Shown piece after piece: positions 17,033 through 26,125 of a stretch of 33,188 nt of DNA (position 1 is the first letter of the stretch; the number at the start of each line of letters is the position of its first letter). The position numbers and the translations under genes are program-made. Source of the stretch: a virus. The DNA lies in the UHGV virus genome UHGV-0218401, one strand, 5' to 3'. The notes under the pieces are model-generated. The model was not told the origin of the DNA and did not search any database. It saw only the letters and a list, made by a program, of their open reading frames with translations.

Positions 17033-17545
17033 TCAGTTTGCTCCCTGTAAACACCAGGCCATCTCCCGCGCACGGCGGTTATCCAGCCCCTGATTAAAAA
17101 CACCTTTCACATAAACCCAGCGCGGCAACTGTCGGCACGCATCTGCCCAGCGCCGCTGATTGAGTAAATTCACCAGCGTGGAACTGCAGGCATTGCCCGT
17201 TCCCACGTTGAAGGCAAACGACACCGCAGCGTCATACACCTTCTGCGGCGGCTGTTGCTTCACACACCTTTCCAGCGCCCGCTCGACACGCAGCACGTTG
17301 GAGATCAGCCCTTCTGCTGCCTGTCGCTCCGTAATGGTTTTGCCGGGAATGACGCCTGACGTATTACCAATGCCGTCGGTCCAGACACCCGCGCTGCACT
17401 GATACGGCTGCAGACGACAACCTTCGTAATCGGCAATCAGTTTCAGCCCCTCCACGGAGGTGTGAAGCTGCTGAAAACCCGGCAGCGTGGCAGCAATAGC
17501 CAGCACGGCCCCGACAAGGCAGCGTTTAACGATTGATGGATTCAT
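17033..17545 (-). CDS. K: Endolysin (lysozyme-like, P2 gpK position), possibly with an N-terminal signal-anchor
   Basis: 170 aa; GGGAGGA RBS; N-terminal hydrophobic segment (CLVGAVLAIAATLPGF) followed by an E...D...T catalytic arrangement typical of T4-lysozyme-like (GH24) enzymes. Confidence 0.85.
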   Translation of the reverse strand: MNPSIVKRCLVGAVLAIAATLPGFQQLHTSVEGLKLIADYEGCRLQPYQCSAGVWTDGIGNTSGVIPGKTITERQAAEGLISNVLRVERALERCVKQQPPQKVYDAAVSFAFNVGTGNACSSTLVNLLNQRRWADACRQLPRWVYVKGVFNQGLDNRRAREMAWCLQGAN

Positions 17546-17741
17546 AGTCCTCCCGCGAGATCTGCCCGTCGCGCAGAAGCTGGTAGGCTTTGTGTTTGTA
17601 GTACCAGTTGATAGCCAGCATCAGCACACCAATCATCAGGCCGCCCAGCGTTGAGGCATCCTTGATGGACAAATCGCCCAGCCAGGCCAGCACGACGGCG
17701 ATGCAATACGTGATAAAGGCGCTGATTCGCTCAAGCGTCAT
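17526..17741 (-). CDS. Y: Holin (P2 gpY position)
   Basis: 71 aa, two hydrophobic helices and a charged C-terminus; directly upstream of the endolysin with overlap. Confidence 0.7.
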   Translation of the reverse strand: MTLERISAFITYCIAVVLAWLGDLSIKDASTLGGLMIGVLMLAINWYYKHKAYQLLRDGQISREDYESINR

Positions 17742-17744
17742 AAT

Positions 17745-17948
17745 TCAGTCCCATAGCTGGACGGTCTGCACGGTGGTGGTGGTCGGAATGTCCGGCAGCT
17801 CCACCTGCAGCCCGTGAGGTAAAAAGGGGCCGTATTCGGCAAGCCCCGGATTTGCCTTCAGTACCTGCTCCGTGACACCCTGCGTGCGCCCGTAATGACG
17901 CCAGCAAAGCGCGTCCACCGTGTCATACTGATGCGCACGCACTTTCAT
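17745..17948 (-). CDS. X: Tail protein X (P2 gpX-like)
   Basis: 67 aa; ATG with GGAG RBS; position between L and the holin as in P2. Confidence 0.8.
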   Translation of the reverse strand: MKVRAHQYDTVDALCWRHYGRTQGVTEQVLKANPGLAEYGPFLPHGLQVELPDIPTTTTVQTVQLWD

Positions 17949-18412
17949 CAGATAAGCTCCACTGTGCAGTGCGGCGCATCCTGCACCCGGCTGATGGCCC
18001 AGCGGGCGTCACGCCACAAATCACCGCTGGCTTCTGCCAGTTCTTCGCCTCGCTTCACACCGGATGCCGTGGCGTCATAGTCCTGGTATCGTTCGTTGAG
18101 CATGGCGCGTGCCCAGCAGTAAACCGCATTGAAATAGTGCTGAATGCGCTCACTTTTGCCGTCCAGCTGCTCCGCCGGAACCTCTGCCAGCGAGGCATAT
18201 CCCAGCATCTGCTGGCGTCTGCGAAACTCATACAGCTCTGCGTTGACCTCCGAAATTGCCGACAGCGCAACCTGCTTTAAACGCGGCTGCGTCACCGTGC
18301 CGTCAGTGCGCATGACACTGCGAAACTCCGACAGGTCCACATCAGGCCAGAACGGCGTGTTTCTGATGATTTCCGCCTGTTCCGGTGCCTGTTCTGGCGC
18401 AACAAACTTCAT
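17948..18412 (-). CDS. L: Head completion protein L (P2 gpL-like)
   Basis: Start refined to the ATG at 18412 (MKFVAPEQ...) with AGGAGA RBS; the conserved C-terminal part resembles P2 gpL as recalled (NAELYE, LWRD..RWA). Confidence 0.8.
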   Translation of the reverse strand: MKFVAPEQAPEQAEIIRNTPFWPDVDLSEFRSVMRTDGTVTQPRLKQVALSAISEVNAELYEFRRRQQMLGYASLAEVPAEQLDGKSERIQHYFNAVYCWARAMLNERYQDYDATASGVKRGEELAEASGDLWRDARWAISRVQDAPHCTVELI

Positions 18413-18507
18413 GCTGCTTTCTCCTGAAATAGAGGGCGGTGGACGGGGTTTTGATGTGGCTGTGCCTTTCGCCACCCCGTGCCGCCCGTGCGCGGGGGCA
18501 CGTTCTG

Positions 18508-19158
18508 TCAGCGGCTGTCATTGCGCAGTCTGCGCTCCAGCTGCTGTTTGTCTTTTTTCACGCCACAGCGGGGATCGAGCTGTAACGCATGGTTGAGATG
18601 ATTAAGGGCGGAAGCCGGATTGCTTTCACTCAGGACAGCGCCAATCGCTTTATGCAGACGCGCCCGTGACTGGTCCGGCATATCCAGACCGTCTGTCAGC
18701 TCCAGCGTCTGCAACAACAGATCGGCATCAAAGCCGGTGGCGGCAAGCATTGCGCTCTGCGCGGCGTCTGCCATTTCCTCTGCCAGCACGGTCTGCACGT
18801 TGCGGTTACCCAGCGGCATCACCCAGCCATGACGCAGGGCATGACGCCCGATCTCCAGCGCCCCGGCATAATCTCCGGCATCAATGCGCCACAGCATCAC
18901 GTACATCAGCACGTCATCCTGTTGAGCGCCTCCGGCAGCCAGGACCCCCTCTGCCCAGGCGGCGTACTTCGGCAGCAGCTCCACCTTGATTTCCGCTTTT
19001 TTGACCGTGGACTGAACGCCCTTGAGACGGCGGCGGTCTTCCGCCAGTTGCAGCAGCATCAGGTCATAGCCTGATGCGTGGCGAACACTGCCGCCCTCGC
19101 GGGCGGCCTGTTCAGCCTGAACGCGCAGGCGATGCTGCCGTGCGGGACTCAGGCTCAT
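18508..19158 (-). CDS. M: Terminase small/endonuclease subunit (P2 gpM-like)
   Basis: 216 aa; GGAG RBS; position between N and L as in P2. Confidence 0.75.
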   Translation of the reverse strand: MSLSPARQHRLRVQAEQAAREGGSVRHASGYDLMLLQLAEDRRRLKGVQSTVKKAEIKVELLPKYAAWAEGVLAAGGAQQDDVLMYVMLWRIDAGDYAGALEIGRHALRHGWVMPLGNRNVQTVLAEEMADAAQSAMLAATGFDADLLLQTLELTDGLDMPDQSRARLHKAIGAVLSESNPASALNHLNHALQLDPRCGVKKDKQQLERRLRNDSR

Positions 19159-19161
19159 GGA

Positions 19162-20220
19162 TTACGCTCCGGTTTCGGCTGCGGCGGCGCTGAAATCACC
19201 AATCTGGATGTTTTCCACCAGTGCGGCGCAGCGGTAGTCCTCAACCACATAGGCTTCATTAACGGATTCAAAGTTTTCAATCCGGTCACGTTTCGGGTTG
19301 TCGATAACTGAACGGCGGCGGGTATCTTCCTGCCAGTAGATGGACAGGTTATCCAGACGGGTGATCAGCAGCGCATTCGCCGGGAAGAACGGCGCACGCA
19401 CGGCCTGCAGGCCACCCATGCGCTTCTGACTGATGATCATATCGGCAGCCAGTTTTTCACTGTTTTCCTGCTCTTTGTTGACCAGCGGGAAATACTTGTC
19501 AGACAGCAGTTCACGCCCGCAAATCACCACCAGATCGTCATCGTCCTGGTAGACAACGTCGATAAGCTCATTGACGGCATCCATCACCACGGCGTCCAGG
19601 TTGGCATATTCGCCACCTTTCCCGACTTTCACCGCACCCGGTGTGGTTTCACCGCCCGTGGTGGTGCTGCCCATGACGTGATCCGGTGCATCCTCACGGA
19701 TTTTCTGCAGCCAGCCTTTGTTCACATCCTGCAGCAGCGGGTTTTCGCTACGGTTGGAGGTTTTCGCACGCTTCACGCCGTTAAAGCCGATCATGATGCG
19801 GTCCAGTGCCTGACGTTTCACGATGGCGTTACGGATACGCACCTGGAAATCCTGAAACTTCGCCCACAGGTCCAGCTTCGCGTAGGTCAGCACCGTGTCA
19901 AAGTTGGTCTGCTCGCATTTATATTCCACATCGACCATCAGCGTCGGATCGACAGGCTCACGCTCTTTCGCGGTGGTATCAGTGGTTCCGGCAATGGTGC
20001 TGCCAACACCCAATCCAAGCAGCTGACCGGACTGCTCAGTCACTGGCGTGACGTTAATCAGCGTCAGGAAAGCGGCGGACTGCTGGATCTGGTCTTCCAG
20101 CGTCTGCTGTACAGACGGCTCTACGGTGAATTTGCTGGACAGTTCTTCAACTGCCACACCGTTCAGACGCGCCAGCTGCTGCAGGTAAGCGTTAAAAGCA
20201 AAGCGGGTATTCTTCTTCAT
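19162..20220 (-). CDS. N: Major capsid protein (P2 gpN-like)
   Basis: 352 aa at the P2 gpN position, similar in length to P2 gpN (357 aa). Confidence 0.9.
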   Translation of the reverse strand: MKKNTRFAFNAYLQQLARLNGVAVEELSSKFTVEPSVQQTLEDQIQQSAAFLTLINVTPVTEQSGQLLGLGVGSTIAGTTDTTAKEREPVDPTLMVDVEYKCEQTNFDTVLTYAKLDLWAKFQDFQVRIRNAIVKRQALDRIMIGFNGVKRAKTSNRSENPLLQDVNKGWLQKIREDAPDHVMGSTTTGGETTPGAVKVGKGGEYANLDAVVMDAVNELIDVVYQDDDDLVVICGRELLSDKYFPLVNKEQENSEKLAADMIISQKRMGGLQAVRAPFFPANALLITRLDNLSIYWQEDTRRRSVIDNPKRDRIENFESVNEAYVVEDYRCAALVENIQIGDFSAAAAETGA

Positions 20221-20236
20221 CAGGTTTTGTGCTCCA

Positions 20237-21070
20237 TCAGCAATTGGTCAGAGTGTCAGCGGGGGCGTTACCGCCTGTTGCACGCTGGCGGTAGTCCTGG
20301 CGGCTGTCTTCATGACTCAGCTTATTCACCAGTTCGTTAAAGGAGGTTTGCTGCTCCTGCAGAGCAGTCTCCAGCTCAGACAGGCGTTCTTCCTGCTCAG
20401 ACAGGGATTTTTCGGTGCGTGCGCTCAGGTTCTGCTGCTCAGTGGCGATCAGCTCCACGGCCTTATGCACATCAGAGAACCGGGCGTCATCGGACTGCTC
20501 TTTTTTGGTAAACAGCGCCGTGACGCGGGCAAACAGGGACGGTTTGTCATCCTGGATTTCTTCCAGTTCGATCACCGTTTCCTCTGCAGCGGTAAAGAGA
20601 TTTGCAGGATTCTGCTTGCGGTTTGCCAGCGGGTTATGAGCTGCACTGGCGCTGAATGTCAGCATTTCCGTACCCAGACTGGCAGGGTCATCAGTTGCAG
20701 CCAGGCCGACCAGGTAGGCTTTGCCCGTATCAGCGAACTTCGGGCTGACTTCCATAGAGGTGAATAATTTCTGGCCTTTTTTCACCAGCTCCACCAGGGA
20801 TTCCGTTGGCTCAACGTCGGCATACAGCGCCATCTTGCCTGCCAGCGGACCTTCCGTGATTTCTTCGGCAAACAGCGCCGTCACCTTGCCGTAACGGTTA
20901 AAGGTGCTGTCCGGCAGATAAGACTTGATGTGCTCAAGGTTAATCAGCGCGGTATACACCGCCGGGTTGTAGCTGGCTGCCATCTGTTCCAGCCATTCAC
21001 GCTGGATTTCGCGTCCGTCGGTGGTGGCACCTTCCACCCCGATGCGAAAACGCTTTGCTTTCACTGTCAT
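20237..21070 (-). CDS. O: Capsid scaffolding protein (P2 gpO-like)
   Basis: 277 aa; GGAG RBS; acidic, coiled-coil-like C-terminal half; first gene of the leftward head operon, divergent from P. Confidence 0.85.
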   Translation of the reverse strand: MTVKAKRFRIGVEGATTDGREIQREWLEQMAASYNPAVYTALINLEHIKSYLPDSTFNRYGKVTALFAEEITEGPLAGKMALYADVEPTESLVELVKKGQKLFTSMEVSPKFADTGKAYLVGLAATDDPASLGTEMLTFSASAAHNPLANRKQNPANLFTAAEETVIELEEIQDDKPSLFARVTALFTKKEQSDDARFSDVHKAVELIATEQQNLSARTEKSLSEQEERLSELETALQEQQTSFNELVNKLSHEDSRQDYRQRATGGNAPADTLTNC

Positions 21071-21148
21071 GAGCCGTGCTCCGTTAGAAAAAACTTACTG
21101 GAGCCTTATGGTTGCGGTGATGGGGGCAGTGAAACAATGCGCGGTATT

Positions 21149-21166
21149 TGTACCGACAACCACACA
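21149..21166. promoter_or_regulatory. Late promoter dyad (TGT-N12-ACA) in the divergent O/P control region
   Basis: tgtACCGACAACCACaca between the O start (21070) and P start (21213); cannot be assigned to one direction from sequence alone. Confidence 0.4.
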
Positions 21167-21212
21167 AACCGCAGGCGGGGAAAGCCTTCATTCAAGGCTG
21201 TAGGTTTGTGCC

Positions 21213-22979
21213 ATGAACACCACACTGACACCCGCAGATCTCGATCCCCGTCGGCAGGCCATGCTGCTGTACTTTCAGGGATACCGCGTAGCCCGCATTG
21301 CTGAAATGCTGGGCGAGAAAGTTGCAACCGTTCACAGCTGGAAAAAACGCGACAAGTGGGGTGACTATGGGCCGCTGGATCAGATGCAGCTCACCACCGC
21401 CGCACGCTACTGCCAGCTCATTATGAAGGAGCACAAAGAAGGGAAAGATTTCAAAGAGATTGACCTGCTGGCGCGCCAGTCGGAACGCCACGCGCGGATC
21501 GGCAAGTTTAACAATGGCGGCAACGAAGCCGACTTAAACCCAAACGTCGCCAACCGCAACAAAGGCCCGCGCCGTCAGCCGGAAAAGAATGTTTTCACCG
21601 ATGAACAGATTGAGAAGCTGGAAGAAATCTTCCATTCCTCCATGTTCAACTACCAGCGCCACTGGTGGGAAGCCGGAAAAACCAACCGCATCCGCAACCT
21701 GCTGAAGTCACGCCAGATCGGCGCGACCTTTTACTTTGCCCGTGAAGCCCTGATTGACGCCCTGCTGACCGGACGTAACCAGATTTTCCTTTCCGCCAGC
21801 AAGGCACAGGCCCACGTCTTTAAGCAGTACATCATCGACTTCGCCAAAGAAGTGGAAGTGGAGCTGAAAGGCGATCCGATGGTGCTTCCCAACGGGGCCA
21901 CGCTTTACTTCCTCGGCACCAATGCCCGCACGGCCCAGAGTTACCACGGCAACCTGTATCTGGATGAATATTTCTGGATACCGAAATTCCAGGAGCTGCG
22001 CAAAGTGGCTTCCGGTATGGCTATTCACAAAAAATGGCGACAGACCTATTTTTCCACGCCATCCAGCCTGACACACAGTGCTTATCCGTTCTGGTCCGGT
22101 GCACTGTTCAACCGTGGGCGCAACAAAGCCGATAAGGTGGACATCGACCTGTCCCACAGCAACCTGGCCCCCGGCCTGCTGTGCGCAGATGGGCAATACC
22201 GCCAGATAGTCACCGTGGAAGATGCGGTGCGCGGCGGCTGTAACCTGTTCGACCTCGACCAGCTGCGCATGGAGTACAGCCCGGACGAATACCAGAACCT
22301 GCTGATGTGCGAGTTTGTGGACGATCTCGCGTCCGTGTTCCCGCTCAGCGAGCTGCAGGCGTGCATGGTGGACAGCTGGGAAGTCTGGAGCGACTTTCAT
22401 GCACTGGCGCTGCGCCCGTTTGGCTGGCACGAAGTGTGGATCGGTTATGACCCGGCAAAAGGTACGCAGAACGGCGACAGCGCCGGATGCGTGGTGGTGG
22501 CACCGCCAGCCGTGCCGGGCGGTAAGTTCCGCATTCTTGAGCGTCACCAGTGGCGCGGGATGGACTTCCGCGCCCAGGCTGACGCCATCAAAAAACTGAC
22601 TGAACAGTACAACGTGACATACATCGGTATCGACTCAACCGGCGTCGGTCACGGGGTTTACGAGAACGTGAAAGCGTTTTTTCCTGCCGTCCGGGAGTTT
22701 GTCTACAACCCCAACGTTAAAAATGCCCTGGTACTCAAGGCCTACGACATTATCAGTCACCGCCGTCTGGAGTTTGACGCCGGACACACCGACATAGCGC
22801 AGTCATTTATGGCAATCCGTCGCGCCACCACCGCCAGCGGCAACCGCCCGACCTATGAAGCCAGCCGCAGCGAAGAAGCCAGCCATGCCGATCTGGCGTG
22901 GGCAACAATGCACGCACTGTTTAACGAACCGCTGCAGGGCGAGTCCGCCAATACCAGCAATATTGTGGAGATTTTTTGA
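21213..22979 (+). CDS. P: Terminase large subunit, ATPase (P2 gpP-like)
   Basis: 588 aa; translation consistent with P2 gpP as recalled; stop overlaps the Q start (TGATG). Confidence 0.9.
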   Translation: MNTTLTPADLDPRRQAMLLYFQGYRVARIAEMLGEKVATVHSWKKRDKWGDYGPLDQMQLTTAARYCQLIMKEHKEGKDFKEIDLLARQSERHARIGKFNNGGNEADLNPNVANRNKGPRRQPEKNVFTDEQIEKLEEIFHSSMFNYQRHWWEAGKTNRIRNLLKSRQIGATFYFAREALIDALLTGRNQIFLSASKAQAHVFKQYIIDFAKEVEVELKGDPMVLPNGATLYFLGTNARTAQSYHGNLYLDEYFWIPKFQELRKVASGMAIHKKWRQTYFSTPSSLTHSAYPFWSGALFNRGRNKADKVDIDLSHSNLAPGLLCADGQYRQIVTVEDAVRGGCNLFDLDQLRMEYSPDEYQNLLMCEFVDDLASVFPLSELQACMVDSWEVWSDFHALALRPFGWHEVWIGYDPAKGTQNGDSAGCVVVAPPAVPGGKFRILERHQWRGMDFRAQADAIKKLTEQYNVTYIGIDSTGVGHGVYENVKAFFPAVREFVYNPNVKNALVLKAYDIISHRRLEFDAGHTDIAQSFMAIRRATTASGNRPTYEASRSEEASHADLAWATMHALFNEPLQGESANTSNIVEIF

Positions 22980-24007
22980 TGGGAAAGAGTAAGAAAAACC
23001 GCACTGCGGCGACGAATCAGATCCAGCATAAAAACCAAACTTCAGCCGAAGCATTCAGCTTCGGCGATCCCGTTCCTGTTCTGGACCGCCGAGAATTACT
23101 GGACTATGTGGAATGCGTACAGATGGACCGTTGGTATGAGCCGCCCGTCAGCTTTGACGGACTGGCGCGCACCTTCCGCGCTGCCGTGCATCACAGTTCC
23201 CCGATTGCAGTAAAGTGCAACATTCTGACCAGTACCTATATCCCTCATCCTCTGCTCAGCCAGCAGGCTTTTTCGCGTTTTGTGCAGGACTATCTGGTAT
23301 TTGGCAACGCCTATCTGGAGAAACGCACGAACCGCTTCGGTGAAGTGATCGCCCTTGAGCCTGCGCTGGCAAAATACACCCGACGCGGATTAGACCTGGA
23401 TACCTACTGGTTTGTGCAATACGGTATGACAACCCAGCCGTATCAGTTCACGAAAGGCAGCATCTTTCATCTGATGGAACCCGATATCAACCAGGAGATC
23501 TACGGCCTGCCCGGTTATCTTTCTGCTATTCCGTCCGCCCTGCTCAATGAGTCCGCCACGCTGTTCCGTCGAAAGTATTACATAAACGGCAGTCATGCTG
23601 GCTTCATCATGTACATGACCGATGCCGCGCAGAACCAGGAGGATGTGAACAACCTCCGCAACGCGATGAAAAGCGCCAAAGGACCGGGTAACTTCCGCAA
23701 CCTGTTTATGTACTCGCCTAACGGCAAAAAGGACGGGCTTCAGATCATCCCATTGTCAGAAGTCGCGGCGAAGGATGAGTTTTTGAATATCAAGAACGTG
23801 AGCCGTGATGACATGATGGCTGCGCACCGCGTGCCGCCGCAAATGATGGGGATAATGCCTAATAATGTTGGGGGGTTTGGGGATGTGGAGAAGGCTAGTA
23901 AGGTTTTTGTTATAAATGAACTGATACCTTTACAAAAACGGTTACAAGAACTAAATTATTGGATAGATGAAGATATAATCCAATTTGAAGATTATAGTTT
24001 AACTTAA
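22979..24007 (+). CDS. Q: Portal protein (P2 gpQ-like)
   Basis: ATG at 22979 (the ORF track starts one codon earlier at TTG); 342 aa; the last roughly 50 codons shift to AT-rich composition. Confidence 0.9.
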   Translation: MGKSKKNRTAATNQIQHKNQTSAEAFSFGDPVPVLDRRELLDYVECVQMDRWYEPPVSFDGLARTFRAAVHHSSPIAVKCNILTSTYIPHPLLSQQAFSRFVQDYLVFGNAYLEKRTNRFGEVIALEPALAKYTRRGLDLDTYWFVQYGMTTQPYQFTKGSIFHLMEPDINQEIYGLPGYLSAIPSALLNESATLFRRKYYINGSHAGFIMYMTDAAQNQEDVNNLRNAMKSAKGPGNFRNLFMYSPNGKKDGLQIIPLSEVAAKDEFLNIKNVSRDDMMAAHRVPPQMMGIMPNNVGGFGDVEKASKVFVINELIPLQKRLQELNYWIDEDIIQFEDYSLT

Positions 24008-24021
24008 ATAATGATAACACA

Positions 24022-24038
24022 GGGCCTAGAATCGGCCC
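24022..24038. terminator. Possible bidirectional terminator hairpin between Q and the HNH gene
   Basis: gggcc-tagaatc-ggccc stem-loop in the 37-bp gap between convergent genes; the flanks are only moderately T/A-rich. Confidence 0.3.
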
Positions 24039-24044
24039 TAAAAA

Positions 24045-24716
24045 TTAAAAACCAAGCTCATCTCTGATTCTTGGGAATTTTTTCATTACTCGAATATCAG
24101 TTAATAAATGCCAACGCCAAAAAACAGAAAATGGATATGATACATTACACATTGGCTTTAGCTTATTCTTGGCCTCTTGGATTTCTTGTTCTGTGCTTCG
24201 ATCACTGACAAGTTTCATTCTCCAACCAGTAAAGTAAAACAATTCATCTTGTAACTTCTCTGAGAGATTTGCTCTTGTAATGCCCCTCAACCCCGTACTC
24301 GAAGAGTTAAAACACTTATCTAATAATTTGACTGTATTTAAAACCTTTCTACTTGGTCTTTTTCTTCTTGGGTATACTTGAACACCACTCGTTATAGCGT
24401 TCCCTGCGAGATGAACAATCTCACTGAAAACATCAACATCACTCTTTGTGCAATCAAGTAAGTTTTCAAAAGAATCACTTTTAATACTATTGCATCGACT
24501 GCAAGCTAAAAATAGATTGTTCCAATCATATTTGAGCTCATCAAGATCACGATGTGGAATAAAATGTTCTATCTCTGGATCCATAAGATTACCTTGCTCA
24601 CAGAGATAACATTTTCCATGAAATATTTCGTCTAAAGCATTTACAACTGTTTTATGGTTATATACTTTTCTCGACAAGCATTGAGGTGCAGGAATGTTTC
24701 TAGTAACATTAAACAT
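24045..24716 (-). CDS. ptuB: HNH endonuclease, Septu PtuB-like
   Basis: Motifs CYLCE...EHFIPH...NLFLACSRCNSIK (Cys pairs and His/Asn of an HNH fold); 223 aa; overlaps the upstream ATPase gene; AT-rich. My manual indexing is 1 nt off the ORF track here. Confidence 0.7.
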   Translation of the reverse strand: MFNVTRNIPAPQCLSRKVYNHKTVVNALDEIFHGKCYLCEQGNLMDPEIEHFIPHRDLDELKYDWNNLFLACSRCNSIKSDSFENLLDCTKSDVDVFSEIVHLAGNAITSGVQVYPRRKRPSRKVLNTVKLLDKCFNSSSTGLRGITRANLSEKLQDELFYFTGWRMKLVSDRSTEQEIQEAKNKLKPMCNVSYPFSVFWRWHLLTDIRVMKKFPRIRDELGF

Positions 24717-25947
24717 CGTCTTCCCTTTCGCTATAATCTAAATATTTACTCTTAGCGATCATAAAAGCTGCTTTTGAACTTTTATCAAGAAAATCAATAC
24801 TCTTCTGTAACGTTTTCATTATAGAATGAAATCTATCGTCGAAGAGATTATTTTCTACTAAAGTCATTAATTCTTTAACTAATGCATTTAGCTTATCCGA
24901 AGATACATCCTCACCCAACAATCCCTTTATAATTGCTGTGTAAGAATACAATGATAAATCACCCATCTGATCCAATGTTGAGAGATTAAATATAATCGCA
25001 TCAGATACTGATTGGATTACGAAAGGTGAATGCGTAGAAACAATAAATTGTATTTGCGGAAAAGATGATGAAAAAAAACTAAATACTTTCTTTTGCAATG
25101 TTACATGAAGATGAGCATCAATTTCATCAATAAGTACTATCCCTGTCATATCATGTTTTCTGATTTTATCAAGCTCTGCTTTTATCAATAAATCAGTATA
25201 AATAGAAAGAATTGATGAAAAACCAGATGACAACTTATCAAGTCCAAATGGTTCCTTATTATTTTGTAAAAGATAGATTTTCAACTTGTCGAGATCAAAA
25301 TCCATTCTAATACTTTCATCTTCAAAAAGTTCTTTTAAGTCATCATTAATACTCTCAATAATATCAAAGGCTCTTTTATAGTCATCATCCTTGCCCACTC
25401 CCTTACTGACTAAAGCATAATTCCACAATGTAACTATGTATCTTTCAAAATACATACCAGCATCAATCTTAGAATTATTTCTCTGTGCGTTCCCATACTC
25501 AGTTAACAACAAATCGAGGCTGCTAATCTTACCATCATTTTTTATTTTCGCTTCTCGAATAGCAGGAAATAATCTTATAATTGATTTTTTCTTTTTTGCA
25601 GCAACCCTGAAATCAACCACATCATTAAAAGTAATATCAAAGCTCTCAAATTCTTTTAATTTTTCTTTCAGTCTCTCAATTTCTTCGTTTAAATAGCTAT
25701 AATTACCATCCCCTCTATTTGAATACTTTAAGTTTTCTTGACTGGAATTCAATTCCTTTTGTAGCTGCTCCTTAGTATAAGGATCATGTGAATTAATCGA
25801 TTTTTCTATAAACTCATAAATATTCTCGATCAACCTAGTTTTACCAGAGCCATTATCTCCTGATATTATTAGATTCTTACCATCAAGATTTAATGTGTAA
25901 GGCTCATCGTTCCTTTTAAAGAAGATAGTTTCGATGAAATGTCGCAT
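24709..25947 (-). CDS. ptuA: P-loop ATPase (AAA_15/21-like), Septu PtuA-like
   Basis: Walker A GDNGSGKT, Walker B VLIDEIDAHLH, and STHSP after Walker B; start taken at the ATG at 25947 preceded by GGGAGGA (the ORF track starts 5 codons earlier); 412 aa. Confidence 0.7.
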   Translation of the reverse strand: MRHFIETIFFKRNDEPYTLNLDGKNLIISGDNGSGKTRLIENIYEFIEKSINSHDPYTKEQLQKELNSSQENLKYSNRGDGNYSYLNEEIERLKEKLKEFESFDITFNDVVDFRVAAKKKKSIIRLFPAIREAKIKNDGKISSLDLLLTEYGNAQRNNSKIDAGMYFERYIVTLWNYALVSKGVGKDDDYKRAFDIIESINDDLKELFEDESIRMDFDLDKLKIYLLQNNKEPFGLDKLSSGFSSILSIYTDLLIKAELDKIRKHDMTGIVLIDEIDAHLHVTLQKKVFSFFSSSFPQIQFIVSTHSPFVIQSVSDAIIFNLSTLDQMGDLSLYSYTAIIKGLLGEDVSSDKLNALVKELMTLVENNLFDDRFHSIMKTLQKSIDFLDKSSKAAFMIAKSKYLDYSEREDDV

Positions 25948-26037
25948 TATTCCTCCCGTCATACTTAACAGCTTTTAGATAATATGACATTACATGTTAG
26001 ATTTCATCCGTTTTGTGAACATATCCACTGCCGCGCG

Positions 26038-26056
26038 CTCGTATCCCCGCCACGCC
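26038..26056. other. Probable cos site (19-nt cohesive end region, 186/P2-like)
   Basis: Minus strand reads GGCGTGGCGGGGATACGAG; the first 13 nt match the 186 cohesive end GGCGTGGCGGGGAAAGCAT as I recall it (P2: GGCGAGGCGGGGAAAGCAC), and are followed by GCGCGC. Confidence 0.5.
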
Positions 26057-26097
26057 TGCCCGCTTTATGTAGTGGTTTTCATGCACCTGCATGACAT

Positions 26098-26125
26098 GAG
26101 CAAAAGCCCGCCAGTTCTGGCGGGC
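26098..26125 (-). terminator. Rho-independent terminator downstream of the kinase cassette
   Basis: Minus-strand hairpin gcccgccag-aact-ggcgggc followed by TTTTGC. Confidence 0.45.

Noticed and set aside
18413-18507. GC-rich hairpins in the M-L intergenic region as a terminator
   Set aside because: Stems are present (ccccg...cgggg) but no following U-run; the operon is expected to read through. Not called.
19678-20340. 220-aa plus-strand ORF antisense to capsid gene N and the N/O junction
   Set aside because: Overlaps two well-supported minus-strand genes; no RBS; composition typical of an antisense frame.
21708-22547. 279-aa minus-strand ORF inside terminase gene P
   Set aside because: Antisense to a strongly supported gene, low-complexity Ala/Gly/His-rich translation, no start context. 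Spurious.
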